Origin: Paragordius varius
Taxonomy: Eukaryota; Animalia; Nematomorpha
Direction: 5' to 3'
Length of the DNA: 64,000 bases
NCBI GenBank assembly: GCA_964247055.1
Contig: OZ176052.1
Span: 6,324,001 to 6,388,000 of the forward strand
Numbering within the stretch: the stretch's first letter is position 1; each line of letters opens with the position of its first letter. Below the pieces are notes generated by a model that did not search any database, had not been told where the DNA came from, and was given only the letters and a program-made list of their open reading frames with translations. Both the position numbers and the translations under genes were made by a program. Positions 52,147 through 64,000 of the stretch are shown here, in pieces.

Positions 52147-52688
52147 CACTTGGATACAACACATTCATTTTAGTCCTTCAATTCGAATTGGGGTAGTTGG
52201 ACACCCCAGGCCTGTTTAAAATTAAATTCTTTAAAAATATGGATGCGATCGAAACCATGGCAAAATTTTGCATTTATATAACATTAATAAACCGAAATAT
52301 ATTAAACATTTTTGTCAAAAATACTTGATATTACTTATTTTAGGCTAAAACCGAAAGGTAAGGATTTAGTCAACGTGACATGTGTGCGATAATAAAATTA
52401 AAAAATAATACAAAATCGCTCTTTCTATTTCTATCAATGTTAGATGTAATTTAAATAAAAAATTATCTATAATTTTACTCTTAAAATTAAATGAAGACGA
52501 TATTTCGCAAATATTTTGTAAAATAAAAATGGTGTTTCAAAACAAAACTTTATTTAGATATTTTGGCATATGTATATATAATTTTTATTAGGATAGAAGT
52601 AAATTTATTTTGGGACCGTTTCCTTTAGTAGTTTTTTAATATCCTAACTTAAATTTAGTCTGGGGTATTTAGATACCCTAATTCGGTG
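52147..52688 (+). mobile_element. TTAA-flanked MITE family A copy 2
   Basis: TTAA at 52143-52146 and 52689-52692. Confidence 0.75.
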
Positions 52689-52964
52689 TTAATTCCGATA
52701 AAAAATGTATCAAGAATCTCATGGTGCTTTTAGTTTTAGGTCTTACGAGTGATTGAAAGTTTTTTTTACATTTTTGTGGTAAGTGCTCCATATCAGAAAA
52801 TGGCAAAATTTAAGCCCTTTAAATAAATTTTTTAATGAAGGCTAAATGCTTTATTTTATAAAATATCACTATTTATAAACTACTTATAAAAAGCAAAACA
52901 ATATTTTTAAAATTTGGGCTTGGAAAGTCTCAATTTTTTTGCTCGTACGTGCTAGTTCTTTTAA

Positions 52965-53485
52965 CACTTCGATTCAAATTGGCCACAGACAATATTTAAG
53001 TTGATATTTTTAAAACTGCTGAAGAAAACGGTTCCAATTCAAATTTATACTTCTATCCAAAAAAAATAAATAAGCCAAAACACCTAATAGAATATAGTTT
53101 TAAAATATTCCGTATCAAACTACTGGCGCCATTTTTATTTTACCGTGATTTGATTCTAAGCTTAATTTAAGTTTACATTTTTATTAAAATCACTATTAAT
53201 ATTTACATAGAAAACTTGTATATTTAGCATTATTTTATTTAGTTCATGCACACATGTCATATTGGCTAAATTAAATTTCGGTTTTACCTCTGAATAAACA
53301 ATATCGAGTATTTTTGAATAATTTTTTAACACATTTCGGTTCATTAATGTTAAATAAGCGCAAAAATTTGCCATGGTTTCGATTCCTTCCATATTTTTCA
53401 AAGAATTTAATTTTAAACAGGCCTGGGGTATCCAACTACCCTAATTTTAATCGAGGGACTGAAATGAATATGTTAAATCCAAGTG
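52965..53485 (-). mobile_element. TTAA-flanked MITE family A copy 3
   Basis: TTAA at 52961-52964 and 53486-53489; reverse complement of copy 2. Confidence 0.75.
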
Positions 53486-54025
53486 TTAAAATAAATTCAA
53501 AATTGCGGTGATTGCGCGATAAAATTTTAAATATATTCTATGAGATCAAGAAAAAATATTTTTTAAAAAATCATATTTTTTACAAAATTTAATTTTTAGC
53601 AAAATTTATTGAATTGTACCTTATATCATTTTTAGACATGATGAAGACGGTATAAAAAATGCTTTTAGACAATATAATCATTTTTTAATATATAATGATG
53701 CTAAATATTTCTATTGCTTCTTTTAATTCAAAAGTTCGTTTACTCTCAAATTTATTTTCATAACAATTTATATTTGACATAAATTTGAGAACGAACCAAT
53801 ATATCAAAACATCTAATTATATAAAAAAAGTGTTTTTTTAACATCTAAAATCATTTTTATACTGTTTACATCATGCCTAAAACTAGTATGAAGTAGGCTT
53901 CAACATTTTGCTAAAAATTAAAATTTGCAAAAAAGAGGCTTTTTTAAAAAAATATTTTTTTTACAAAATTTAGCTTGTATTTAAAAATTTTATTCCGCAA
54001 TCCGGAATTTTGGAATTTATTTTAA

Positions 54026-54826
54026 AACTTCGATTCAAAGGGGTATCTGAATAACCCATCTCTATTTATGATATTTTAAAACAACCACTGAAATAAACGG
54101 CCCCAATTTAAATTTGTGCGTCTATTCTAAAAATAATATAAATAAGGCGATATCTAAATAAAATTTAGTTTTGAAAAAAAAGGTTCCATAGTCTATTTTG
54201 GCACCATTTTCGCAAAATATCGTGTTTATTGTTTTAAACCTCAAATTAATGCTAATTTTTATTAAATCACATCAAACATGGATAGAAAAGAGATTACACT
54301 AAAAATTGAAATTATACGGTTAAAACGTAAAAATATAAAGACAAATATTTTTTAAAGACAACTATACTTTTTGAATCTTAATTTTTATAATGATGACTCA
54401 TTGTTTCAAACTCTAAAGTAGGAAATGAAGATGTTTATTGGTAGCACAGTCCATTACATAATTTGCATTTTAAAACAATCAGATACATCAAAATAATTCA
54501 AGATTTAAAATGAATGGTTTTAAACAAAATATTTATCTTTTATTTTTGTGTTTTGTCCGTATAATTTCAAATTTTATTGTATTTTGTATTATTTTTAAAT
54601 TTAGCTAATGCACACATGTCAGGTTGACTAAAGGTTTTACCTTAAAATAAGTAATATCAAGTATTTTTGAATGATTTTTTTTTAATTTCTATGTTATATA
54701 AGTGCAAGTTTTGACATGGTTTCAATTCATTCTATATTTTTTGAGGTATTAAATTCAAAACAGGCCTGGGATATCATGCCCCAATTTAAATCCAAGAACT
54801 CAAATGAATGTGTTGTATCCAAGTGT
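54026..54826 (-). mobile_element. TTAA-flanked MITE family A copy 4, containing a nested TIR element at about 54304-54572
   Basis: TTAA at 54022-54025 and 54827-54830. The internal insert is bounded by ttgaaattatacgg / ccgtataatttcaa. Confidence 0.72.
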
Positions 54827-55058
54827 TTAAAGAACTAGCCCATGGAATTATTTAATAAAATTTGGGAGCCCCCATCTATAATATATTTAAAAAATGATGT
54901 TTGCCTTTTATAGGTGGTTTATGATATATTTTAGTTTATATCTTTGGTAATGAAGTACTTAGCCTTTATCAAAAAAATTTTATTACAAATAATGTGTTCA
55001 AATTTTGCCATTTTCTGTTAAGGAGCACTTACCACAAAAGTGTAAATAACTTTGTTAA

Positions 55059-55619
55059 CACTTGGATACAACACATTCCTTTTAGTCCATCGATTCTTGG
55101 GGTAGTTGGATAGCCCAGGCCTTTCAAAATTAAATTCTTTAAAAATATGGAATGAATTGAAATCATGGCAAAAGTTTGCACTTATATAACATTAATAAAC
55201 AGAAATATATAAAAAATTTTATTCAAAAATACTTGATAATACCTATTTTAATGAAAAACCCAAAGGTAACAATTTAGTCAACGTTACATGTGTGCAATGG
55301 TAAAATTGAAAAATATTACAAAATAAACCGCTTTTTCTATTTCTATCAATGTTAGATGTAATTTAAATAAAAAATTAGCTCTAAATTTACACTTAATATA
55401 AAATGAAGACGATATTTTGCAAAACTTTTGTAAAATAAAAATGGCAAGTAGTTTGATATGAAACTTTTTTTAAAACAAAATTTTATCTATATCTTTTAGC
55501 CTATTATATAATTTTTATTAGGATAGAAGCATAAATTTAAATTGTTACAATTTCCTTCAGTAGTTTTTCAAAAATAATAAGTTAAATTTGGGGTATTAGA
55601 TATCCCAATTTGAAAAAGG
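55059..55619 (+). mobile_element. TTAA-flanked MITE family A copy 5
   Basis: TTAA at 55055-55058 and 55620-55623. Confidence 0.75.
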
Positions 55620-57541
55620 TTAAATGACACGTAAGGCTCACCAAAAGTACCATAGTTCTGATTTATATCAGTTATATTTCATCACGTCATTCATAGAAAC
55701 CGTGTATTTTTAAACAGCTTTTGTTGCCAAATTTTCTTAATGTAGAATGTCTTTTCGACATTTCCGATAACGTGTAGGCCCGGTTAAATTCAAATTTTTT
55801 TATTCATTTCTAAATGCACCCCCCTCTTTTAGGACTTTAGCCTCTGCGAAAATAAGTTTAAAAAGCATGTCACCAAAAAACGTTTTTTTATACAATTTGT
55901 CGGAAATGTGGGCCCATCCAAATAAATATTACTTTTTTAAGAATGTAAGTAGCCCTGAGTTTAGCCGTTCGCCTGTAAAATGACATTTTTTTCAAAAAAC
56001 ACAGCCCCAAAAATTAATATTTGCACCAATTTTTTTATCGTGTTTGATACCTTTAGGTTTCCCAGTATAAATTCAATCATATTAGCACTCTTTAAATTAG
56101 CCGCAGGGTAGGGTGGCAATAATAGTTTGGCTTTTCATCTATTTTTTCCCCATTTTATTTCATCTGATAAAATATTGTATAGTTATTTCAATCCAAATTT
56201 AATATATTTGTAATTTAATAATATTTACTTACTATATTAAATTATAACTCGAAAAACCTAATATTTGAAAAAGCCCGACACTAAGAACAAATCGCAAACA
56301 GAATATTTCAAATAAAATATTATGCCAACTGAAGTAATATGAAATTTTGGAAAAATAATAATTAAACCATAGCCAAAAAATTCGCTTTATATAGATAAAT
56401 AAATTTACATGCTAAAATGATACTAAACCGAAAGAAATCCTATATATACATTTAAACATAGTGTGGATAAATTCTAGCAGAACGATCCATATAATGTTTC
56501 TGCTTAAATATGCGGCGGTTGGCCATTTACCAATCATCTCGCACGGTGAATATCCGCAAATATTTTAATAACTACACATACAGGTTTAATCTAAAAATTA
56601 GATTTATCCTTAAAAATCCAACAATATGATCACGCCACTGATGGCAAAAAATAGAATAGAAACTTTTAAAGTACTTCTTTATATCACAAAACCAAACTTT
56701 TTTACAAGCATATGAAATTTACCCAAATTTAATCAGACACAAAAATTCAAGGTGACCAATTATAGCGTTTTTATAAAATAGTTATGGTAAAAATGTGTGG
56801 ACGCTGATTTCAAAAAATTAAAAATGAGTGTGATAATATCACAAAACGGGTGTTTTGTCAAAAATATTTTTTTATTGCAATGATCAAAAATTTAATATTC
56901 CTTCCAACCTATGTTTAAATCACAATTTCAAAGTCCAAGATGTGGCTAAACTACGCGCTTATGGGGAGCGACGAAGGGCTCGTGGTATAGAATAGGGTTC
57001 TTTTTATTATATGTCTTTTTATTTTTGAGGTCAACTGCCTATTTGAAATACATAATTCCGTTATTGATAACAACAACCAATTTCACAAATATGAATCGAT
57101 AATTAAACCATGCACTTTAACTTTACAGTTTATACAATATATTTATAATTTATTTGACATATAATAATATCACAATATGAATAGGAGAGCAATATAAGTA
57201 TTAGCTATATATGAATGCGTGTGATTGAGTGGATGGATATTTGGTTTTTGCAAAAGAACACAGCTCACCAATACAAGCAAATATAAAATATAATAATATA
57301 TCTATCTATTTAAATAAATACATTGAATGATTGAGAGTATAAAATAGGGTTTTTCTATAATATGCCTAATTTGATTCGGATGGGTTGGGTTGACAAAATG
57401 TAGTTGCGTTTATTCAAGCCATATTTATCTCCATCATCATCATAGTATAAAAGAGATTTATGGCACGTTCGCCTTGTGTGTCCTAGCATAATCTCTATTC
57501 AGACCTAAAGTCACAAAAACTAGTTTTCACCATCTACCTGC

Positions 57542-60500
57542 CTACACCATCGAAGTATATTCCGGCTCTTCGATTTGACTACCGACTATATGAAGATTTG
57601 GGTTATTTTGATTTGAATGTGCATTATCTATTATTACATTGTTAGCATTTTTATACATATTGATATTAATGTCATTAATGGTTGTTGGATAATGTGTTTT
57701 TTGTTCGGAATTCGTTGATTCTTTACACAAGGGGATTGGATCATGGATAATATATTCATTTTCAATCGTTTCATTACCGTTATCTTTTGTGTCAATAGCA
57801 TTGGGTAGCAGTTGATAAGCATTGTAAGAAAAATTTAGGATACTTTGTTTTGGCAAATATATGATTGTATCATCTTCATCATCCAGTGTATTATTAATGT
57901 TACTATTCTCTTTTGTAAGTAAAGGTGTATCAATCGTATTATTTTGTTGGTTTAGAGTTTGATCACAAACGTTTGATGATTTCCTATCAAAAATATGGAA
58001 AATTAATATGTAAAATTATGATACCTTTTCACTAAATTATTAGTTTTGTACAAAATAAAACCAATAAAAAATTTAAGCTTACGTTTCAAACGCTTGAGGC
58101 CGGACGATTCCTGGACCCATATCACCTTTTTCATTGACTTCAGTGATATCGATTTGATTATTTAACAATTGACTGTTTTTGATGGCATTTATGTTATTCT
58201 TAGTAAGTGTGCAACTACTGTAAGGTGGTGGAGCCACGCCAATATTATGTTTCTTAATCGTTGAAGTTTTACTGTAATAACCGTCATCATCTATGCCGAT
58301 CGAAGTGTCACATTTTTTCGAATCTTTCTTAAGTTCCGACTCGAATATAAGTTCGTTCCCTTTTGTTGTTTTGTTGCAACCCTTGTTCAAATTATTTTTT
58401 TCATAAACCGAATAAACTGTATCATTGTATACACTATCATTTGGTGTCGTAATGCTTTTGTAAGTTGTGTTATGTCCGGCCTTAGACCTGTTGGCAAATA
58501 GCTGTTGGAATATCGAAGGTGATTTAATGTTATCATTGTTGGTAGAATATGAATTTAAATTAGCATGGTTATTGTTATTATTGAGATTGTAATAATTAGA
58601 GTACAGGTCATCGCTCGCCGGACCATATATTGATCCGATTGTTGAAGCTTTATAAATGGTGGCTGCATCAAAAGATTTGGGAGGGAGCCCATTTCCCCTT
58701 TGATGAGATAAAACAGGGTTTTTAAAGAAATTTTTGTTTTTACGGCCAACCGTGTAAAACACTTCATTTCCATAATGATTTGTATTATCGCTATCAATGA
58801 CATCCGGATCTTGGGTACGTACGCATATCCGTTTATTTCGATTTTGATTTTTTCGATAGGAAACGAAAAATCCAATAACCACGATGATAATAGTTACAAA
58901 TGATAAACTTGAACACATTATTATTAGGGCTTCGGTCTGAGTGAATAACTTTAAGAATGGTTGTGAATCATCAACCGTGGCCACAGCAGGAGCCATATTG
59001 TGAATCAACGGTTGTGAAACTATTGAATTGCTTATGTCATCATCTCCCGTAAGGTGTTTCCTCCAAAGATGGTAAGAATTCGACTTTATATTGTTCTGAT
59101 CCACATATGCATTGTTCAGATTATTATTACTTATAGGAGAATTATTTTCTGTTACAATGACATGCGTTGAATATTGACATTTATCTCCATAGTAATCGGG
59201 AGTTTGGCATTCACATTCATAGCCATTGATACGATCCACACAAGTTCCATTGTTTGCACAAGGAGGGCTAGAAGCCTGGCCCCTAACGTACAATTGATTG
59301 GCCAGAGCGCATTCATCAACGTTGTGTGTACAATCTCGCCCAACAAATCCAGCAGGACATTTACAACTAAATCCATTGATAAGGTCCGTACACGTCCCAC
59401 CATTGGCACAAGGGTGCGTCGCACAATCTGGCACATCGATTTGACATAAACTGCCCGTGAAACCGGGAGCACAGCGGCACACAAAAGTTGCGGCATATGC
59501 AGTGGATATGGCATGAGATGAGATATATCCTCTTTCTATGCACGTTCCTCCATTCAAACATGGATTGATGGAGTTGCAATGACCGGTTTCGTGTAATTGT
59601 CTCACACTTTCATTAAAATGCTCTCTCAGGGGAAATCGATTGTCACCTTTCCCGCTCGCAAATGAGGAACCAGAAGTGATGGCCAATCTATGTTCACATT
59701 TGTTGCCATGGTAACCACTAAGGCAGTTACATTTCATTTCCGATATTTGGGAAATTATGTTGGTATGTTTGTAGCAAACACCTCCTACAAATGTAAAAAT
59801 GTAATTAGACTTTGCCTCTGCTATTTAAAATTAGATTATTAAATTGATTTTTATTTATTTCTAGTATAATTTATCAATATTACCATTTAAACAAAAGCTT
59901 ATTCCTTGGGGACATGTTTCTTGCACTCTTTGGCATTGAATGCCGGACACAGTTTTATCCTGGGTGTTAGCCGGACATTTACATTTATAGGTAGAATCTA
60001 TGCTCAGCCCATAGTTTTTACCATCATCATCATCTCTGTTAACGGCTGTATTATTTACGTTTGTTTTGGTAGGGGTGATAGATAGTGTGACTGTCTCACA
60101 AACAGCACCATTTCGACACGGCTTATTAGCACACGTATATGTGTTTGTTTCGCACCTGTCACCAACATACCCAGGCATACATTGACAAGTTATGGTAAGG
60201 TTTGATGTTATCTAACAAAAATAAAACAAAAACATAGAATTTTTTTATTTTTTTACAAATTATACATAATATATTTATCATATAGAAATTGAGGGGAGCG
60301 TCTTTGATGAGAGTTAAAAAGGAAAACATTTTATTATGTGTGCATATAATAAAGTATAATTACATACATTAACCGACTCTTTTATGAATTTATAAGGCCT
60401 ACTACACATATATTAAAGTGTGGACCATCCTAGTTTGTCAAGAAATTGTGAGGATATTAACTTGTAATTTAGGATGAAAGATAATTTATTTTATTTTATA

Positions 60501-61428
60501 ATGTTGAAAGTGATTTTCTATTTTTATTATTTTTATTAAGCCTTAAATTATGGTAATTGTACCGACATTTATGCAAATAGCTATTTGTATAACCATTGTT
60601 ATGATATGCATAATATAAAAGTTTTTATGTATGTTATATAAGGGCACATAAAAATATTATGGTAAAATTTACTTTACAGATGCCATCGTTTAAGCAATAA
60701 TTTGGATCACATTTTGACAAATCGATTTGACAATTTGTTCCGGCAAACCCTTCCCGACATTCACAAGTATAACTCCCCTGGCCTGTGTTGGAACATCTAC
60801 CACCATTTTTGCATGGTTTATGATTTGTGCAATAGTTTAAATCTATTGAATAAAATTTTAAAGAAATTTAGCTTAATGCTTATATAATAAGATTTGTCAT
60901 ATTTATTAATAAATATTGAAGGTGCAAAAAAGGTTCAATGTAAATTAAATACAATAACAGAGAAAAGGTAAAATATCAGGTATCAAATAACATAACGCAA
61001 ATGTATCTTATGTAACATGGTATAAAGACATGTAATATATCATAATAATCTTTGATTAGGTAACTCCGCCTTATTAACATTAAATTTAAAACATATCATC
61101 TGCAATGTGACTTCATATCCAATCCAATACTAATAAATATCAAATTACAAAGCGCAATTTTTACGTTTTCCTTATACGTATATATTTTATAATTACAATA
61201 TATTATATAAAAAATATGAATGATTTTAAATAAAACAAACCTTGATTGCAGTATAGGCCACCCCAACCCTCTTGACAATTACATTGCCAGGGTTTATTAC
61301 AAGTCCCATGGGCACAACCAGGATACCGAATACAATCTTCACAATACTTCCCTTTGTAACCCAATCGACATCTAATGTTATATATATTAAATAATTAAAT
61401 AATTTAATAATTATATTTACCAATTTTT

Positions 61429-61464
<36 letters not shown>

Positions 61465-64000
61465 GTTGGTTTTATTGGGAAAAATATTGTATACAAATAA
61501 TTTTTACCTGCATTCTCCAGGTTTTTCGCAATAGCCATGTTGTGCGTGACACCCTCTTGCACATACAGCTTTAAAAATAAATATAAAAAATTAATTTATA
61601 TAATATATATGCTGATTTTATAAAATGTATATATTTACAAATAAATTTTTTTCTCAGAGTCACACCGATAAATGCAAATAAAATGACCAAATAATACGGT
61701 GATTTTTTTAATTTATGCACATATAAACTATTTTATCAATTAAAAATATCAATCAATGAACAAATAGAATAAAAGGTATGGGAAATATTTATATATAATA
61801 TTTATGTACACCAATAATAAATGTTAATTTGATGAGTACAAATATTCGTAATTGCTAATCTTTGATATCTCAATTTTATTCATAAAAAAAATATTATATT
61901 TTACAATAATTAACTACTAGTTTTTTGATTTCTAATATAAAATTTTGAAAGTTGGATAAATTTTATTGTTAATTCAAAAAATTAGCCAGTAAAAAAAGAA
62001 ATTAATAATGTTCAGGTGTAGTATGTCAAAAATTTAGATCTTAAAAAGATTTCGTTATTTTTAGACATTATAAAAATAGTAACAGTATATTATTATTACG
62101 AGTAAAAAAGTTTGTTTTAAACATCTTCTTATATCTATATAAACAAGTTACATCAATTTAGGACAAAATGTAAAAGAGACACTCTGCGAGGTGTCAAATA
62201 GGGTTAAAAATCTTTAGTTAATATACATAACATCACAAAAACTAATAAAAAAGAACAAAATTATGGAAAGAAAAGGTGTAAAAATATAGAAATATCCATT
62301 GATAGCCAACCACACATGTCATAGAATATTATTTATTCATTTATTAAAAATTAAGAAGTAATAAACCCTTAAAAGAATAGTACATCAAAAGTCAAATTTA
62401 AAGGTTATCAAAAACTTAAGTATGTAATTTCAAAAAAGTTTATATATGTATATTGTTGTAAATCGGCTCATCTGCCAATTATTTTATCCTTATTAGATTA
62501 GTAATAAAATAATAATAATCCAAATTAATCTTCCCTAATAGACCATAATAGTTTTTTAATTACCATAGATTTTGTAAATTAAGCCGATAGATTCACTTTA
62601 AAGTAAATATAGTAGGGTTTAAAAATCAAAGTAGACTGACTACTTACAAGTGTGTTTACAACACTTTTTAACAAATGTTTATACTTTATTATGATTATTA
62701 ATTATAAAAATGATCGAATCAAGGTGCAAAACAATCAAAAAAAGGAAACGGATATAAGTAAGATATCTAATTTCAAAGCAAACATTAAAATGCGTGGTGA
62801 TTAATTAACAAATAAATACCATCAATAAATTAGTGTATAATATCACCAGGTTTAAATTTTAGATAAAATGAATTTAAAAAAGCAAAGATTACGCTTAAAA
62901 TCTAACTTTATAACGCGGAATATCCAATAATTTTTACAAAAAAAAGCAATACCAATTCATTAATGACCTAATATACTATATGAAAATATAGGATAAAATA
63001 TACCTTGAGTACAGTAGGGACCTGTCCAACCCTGTTGACAAATTTTTTGTCCATTGTTCCCGCACACATAATGGCCAAATTTATCGTCTCGCGGTCGACA
63101 TAAAGCCGCGCAAGATTTGCCATAATAGTGTCGATCACAAACTACTCGATAAGAAAATTTTATTTTGATCCCAGTTTTAGGGTCCGTGTAAAGTGCTGAT
63201 GTCCAACGCATATCGGCATTAACTGATTTCTGAGTTGCTAATCGAAGTAAAAGTTTATCGCTGGAGGGAATGCTCTTTTTATTGTTGTTGTTGATGTTGA
63301 TATAATTGGCGGCCTCTTTATATGACCCATTTAACCAAGCATCCAAAATGATGGAAAAAGTACCCTGGAAATAAATGAATGGAATAAAGAATTTTCATAC
63401 GAATAAAGTGTTTTTAAGTCATATAAGTATTAGTCTAAAAATGATTGATCAATAATATTTAAAAAGCTTATATAACATACTGGCCAAGAGAATGAAAACG
63501 GGAGTTGAGATATAATTTGAGATTGTTCCCGATTTTGTCCGAGTGTCGGTGTAATAAAACTTCCAAAAGTGCAAGAAGATAATGGATTGTTGTTAATTAT
63601 GTTTGATTTTACATGGTAAGATGATTGTTTTTGACTAGCAATTAGGTTTTCATCATGCATCCTGGATACGGAATCCGTATTCAATTGTATTTTAGTTTGA
63701 TAATGTTTAAGACACACTGAGAAATAGGTGTGGCAAAACAGGGGACATCTAGAAGTTTTTGAGTCCAAAAATTCATTCCGCACTATTTCATTTGTGTGAA
63801 ATGTTTGACAACATGATTTGTCTAAGGCATCAATCCCTTGGCTGTTTTTGAAGGAATCCATACGAATTTCAAACACCCCAGATCCATAAATATTCTGTAA
63901 TAAGCGACAATTATAATATAAATATTTAAACGGCATTAATAATAAATTAAATGCTAAAAAAAATTTTTGTAAAAATAAAAGGCATACATACCTGAACATG
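57542..64000 (-). CDS. Dl: Delta (DSL-family Notch ligand); 5' end lies beyond the window
   Basis: Exons 64000-63992, 63894-63481, 63364-63004, 61568-61508, 61371-61241, 60842-60673, 60211-59884, 59784-58083, 57983-57542. MNNL domain ([28 protein letters not shown]), DSL domain ([21 protein letters not shown]), nine EGF repeats, one TM, no VWC domain, class I PDZ-type end TSMV. Confidence 0.95.

Larger units (their letters stand above)
52693..55670. mobile_element. Foldback family B copy interrupted by three family A MITEs
   Basis: 52693-52960 + 53490-54021 + 54831-55054 + 55624-55670 rejoin to about 1.07 kb, colinear with 35870-36940. Confidence 0.7.

Noticed and set aside
56470-56640. GC-richer island as ncRNA or exon
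   Set aside because: No recognisable snRNA, tRNA or miRNA motif and no convincing splice-bounded ORF.
56682-57174. Four K-box (TGTGAT) motifs downstream of Delta
   Set aside because: Three lie in sequence that looks like a repeat remnant, probably beyond the poly(A) site, and a 6-7-mer is weak evidence in AT-rich DNA.
63895-63999. N-terminal part of ORF 63430-63999 as coding
   Set aside because: It is a 97-nt GT-AG intron that happens to be open; Delta homology starts at 63894.

Overview
AT-rich animal genomic DNA (it carries a Notch-ligand gene and a 7TM receptor); the species cannot be determined from this window. Genes reconstructed by hand: the 5' end of a secreted protein (1-97, minus), an intronless cofilin, GTF2H4/TFIIH-p52 (13 exons, minus) head-to-head with acid ceramidase ASAH1 (13 exons, plus; start codons only 49 bp apart), an unknown secreted protein (minus), an intronless divergent GPCR, COQ6 (14 exons over 16 kb) and most of a Delta gene (minus, runs off the window end). 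The most striking property is a class of 22-33 nt GT-AG micro-introns (15 found in four genes). They coexist with multi-kb introns inflated by mobile DNA. Mobile DNA includes RTE-clade LINEs (one with a 5' inversion), two 4-5 kb non-autonomous Helitrons filled with higher-order tandem arrays, long-TIR foldback elements and TTAA-flanked MITEs nested at mirror-image sites of one foldback. No tRNA, rRNA or CRISPR array was recognised. Homology calls come from recalled protein motifs, not database searches.
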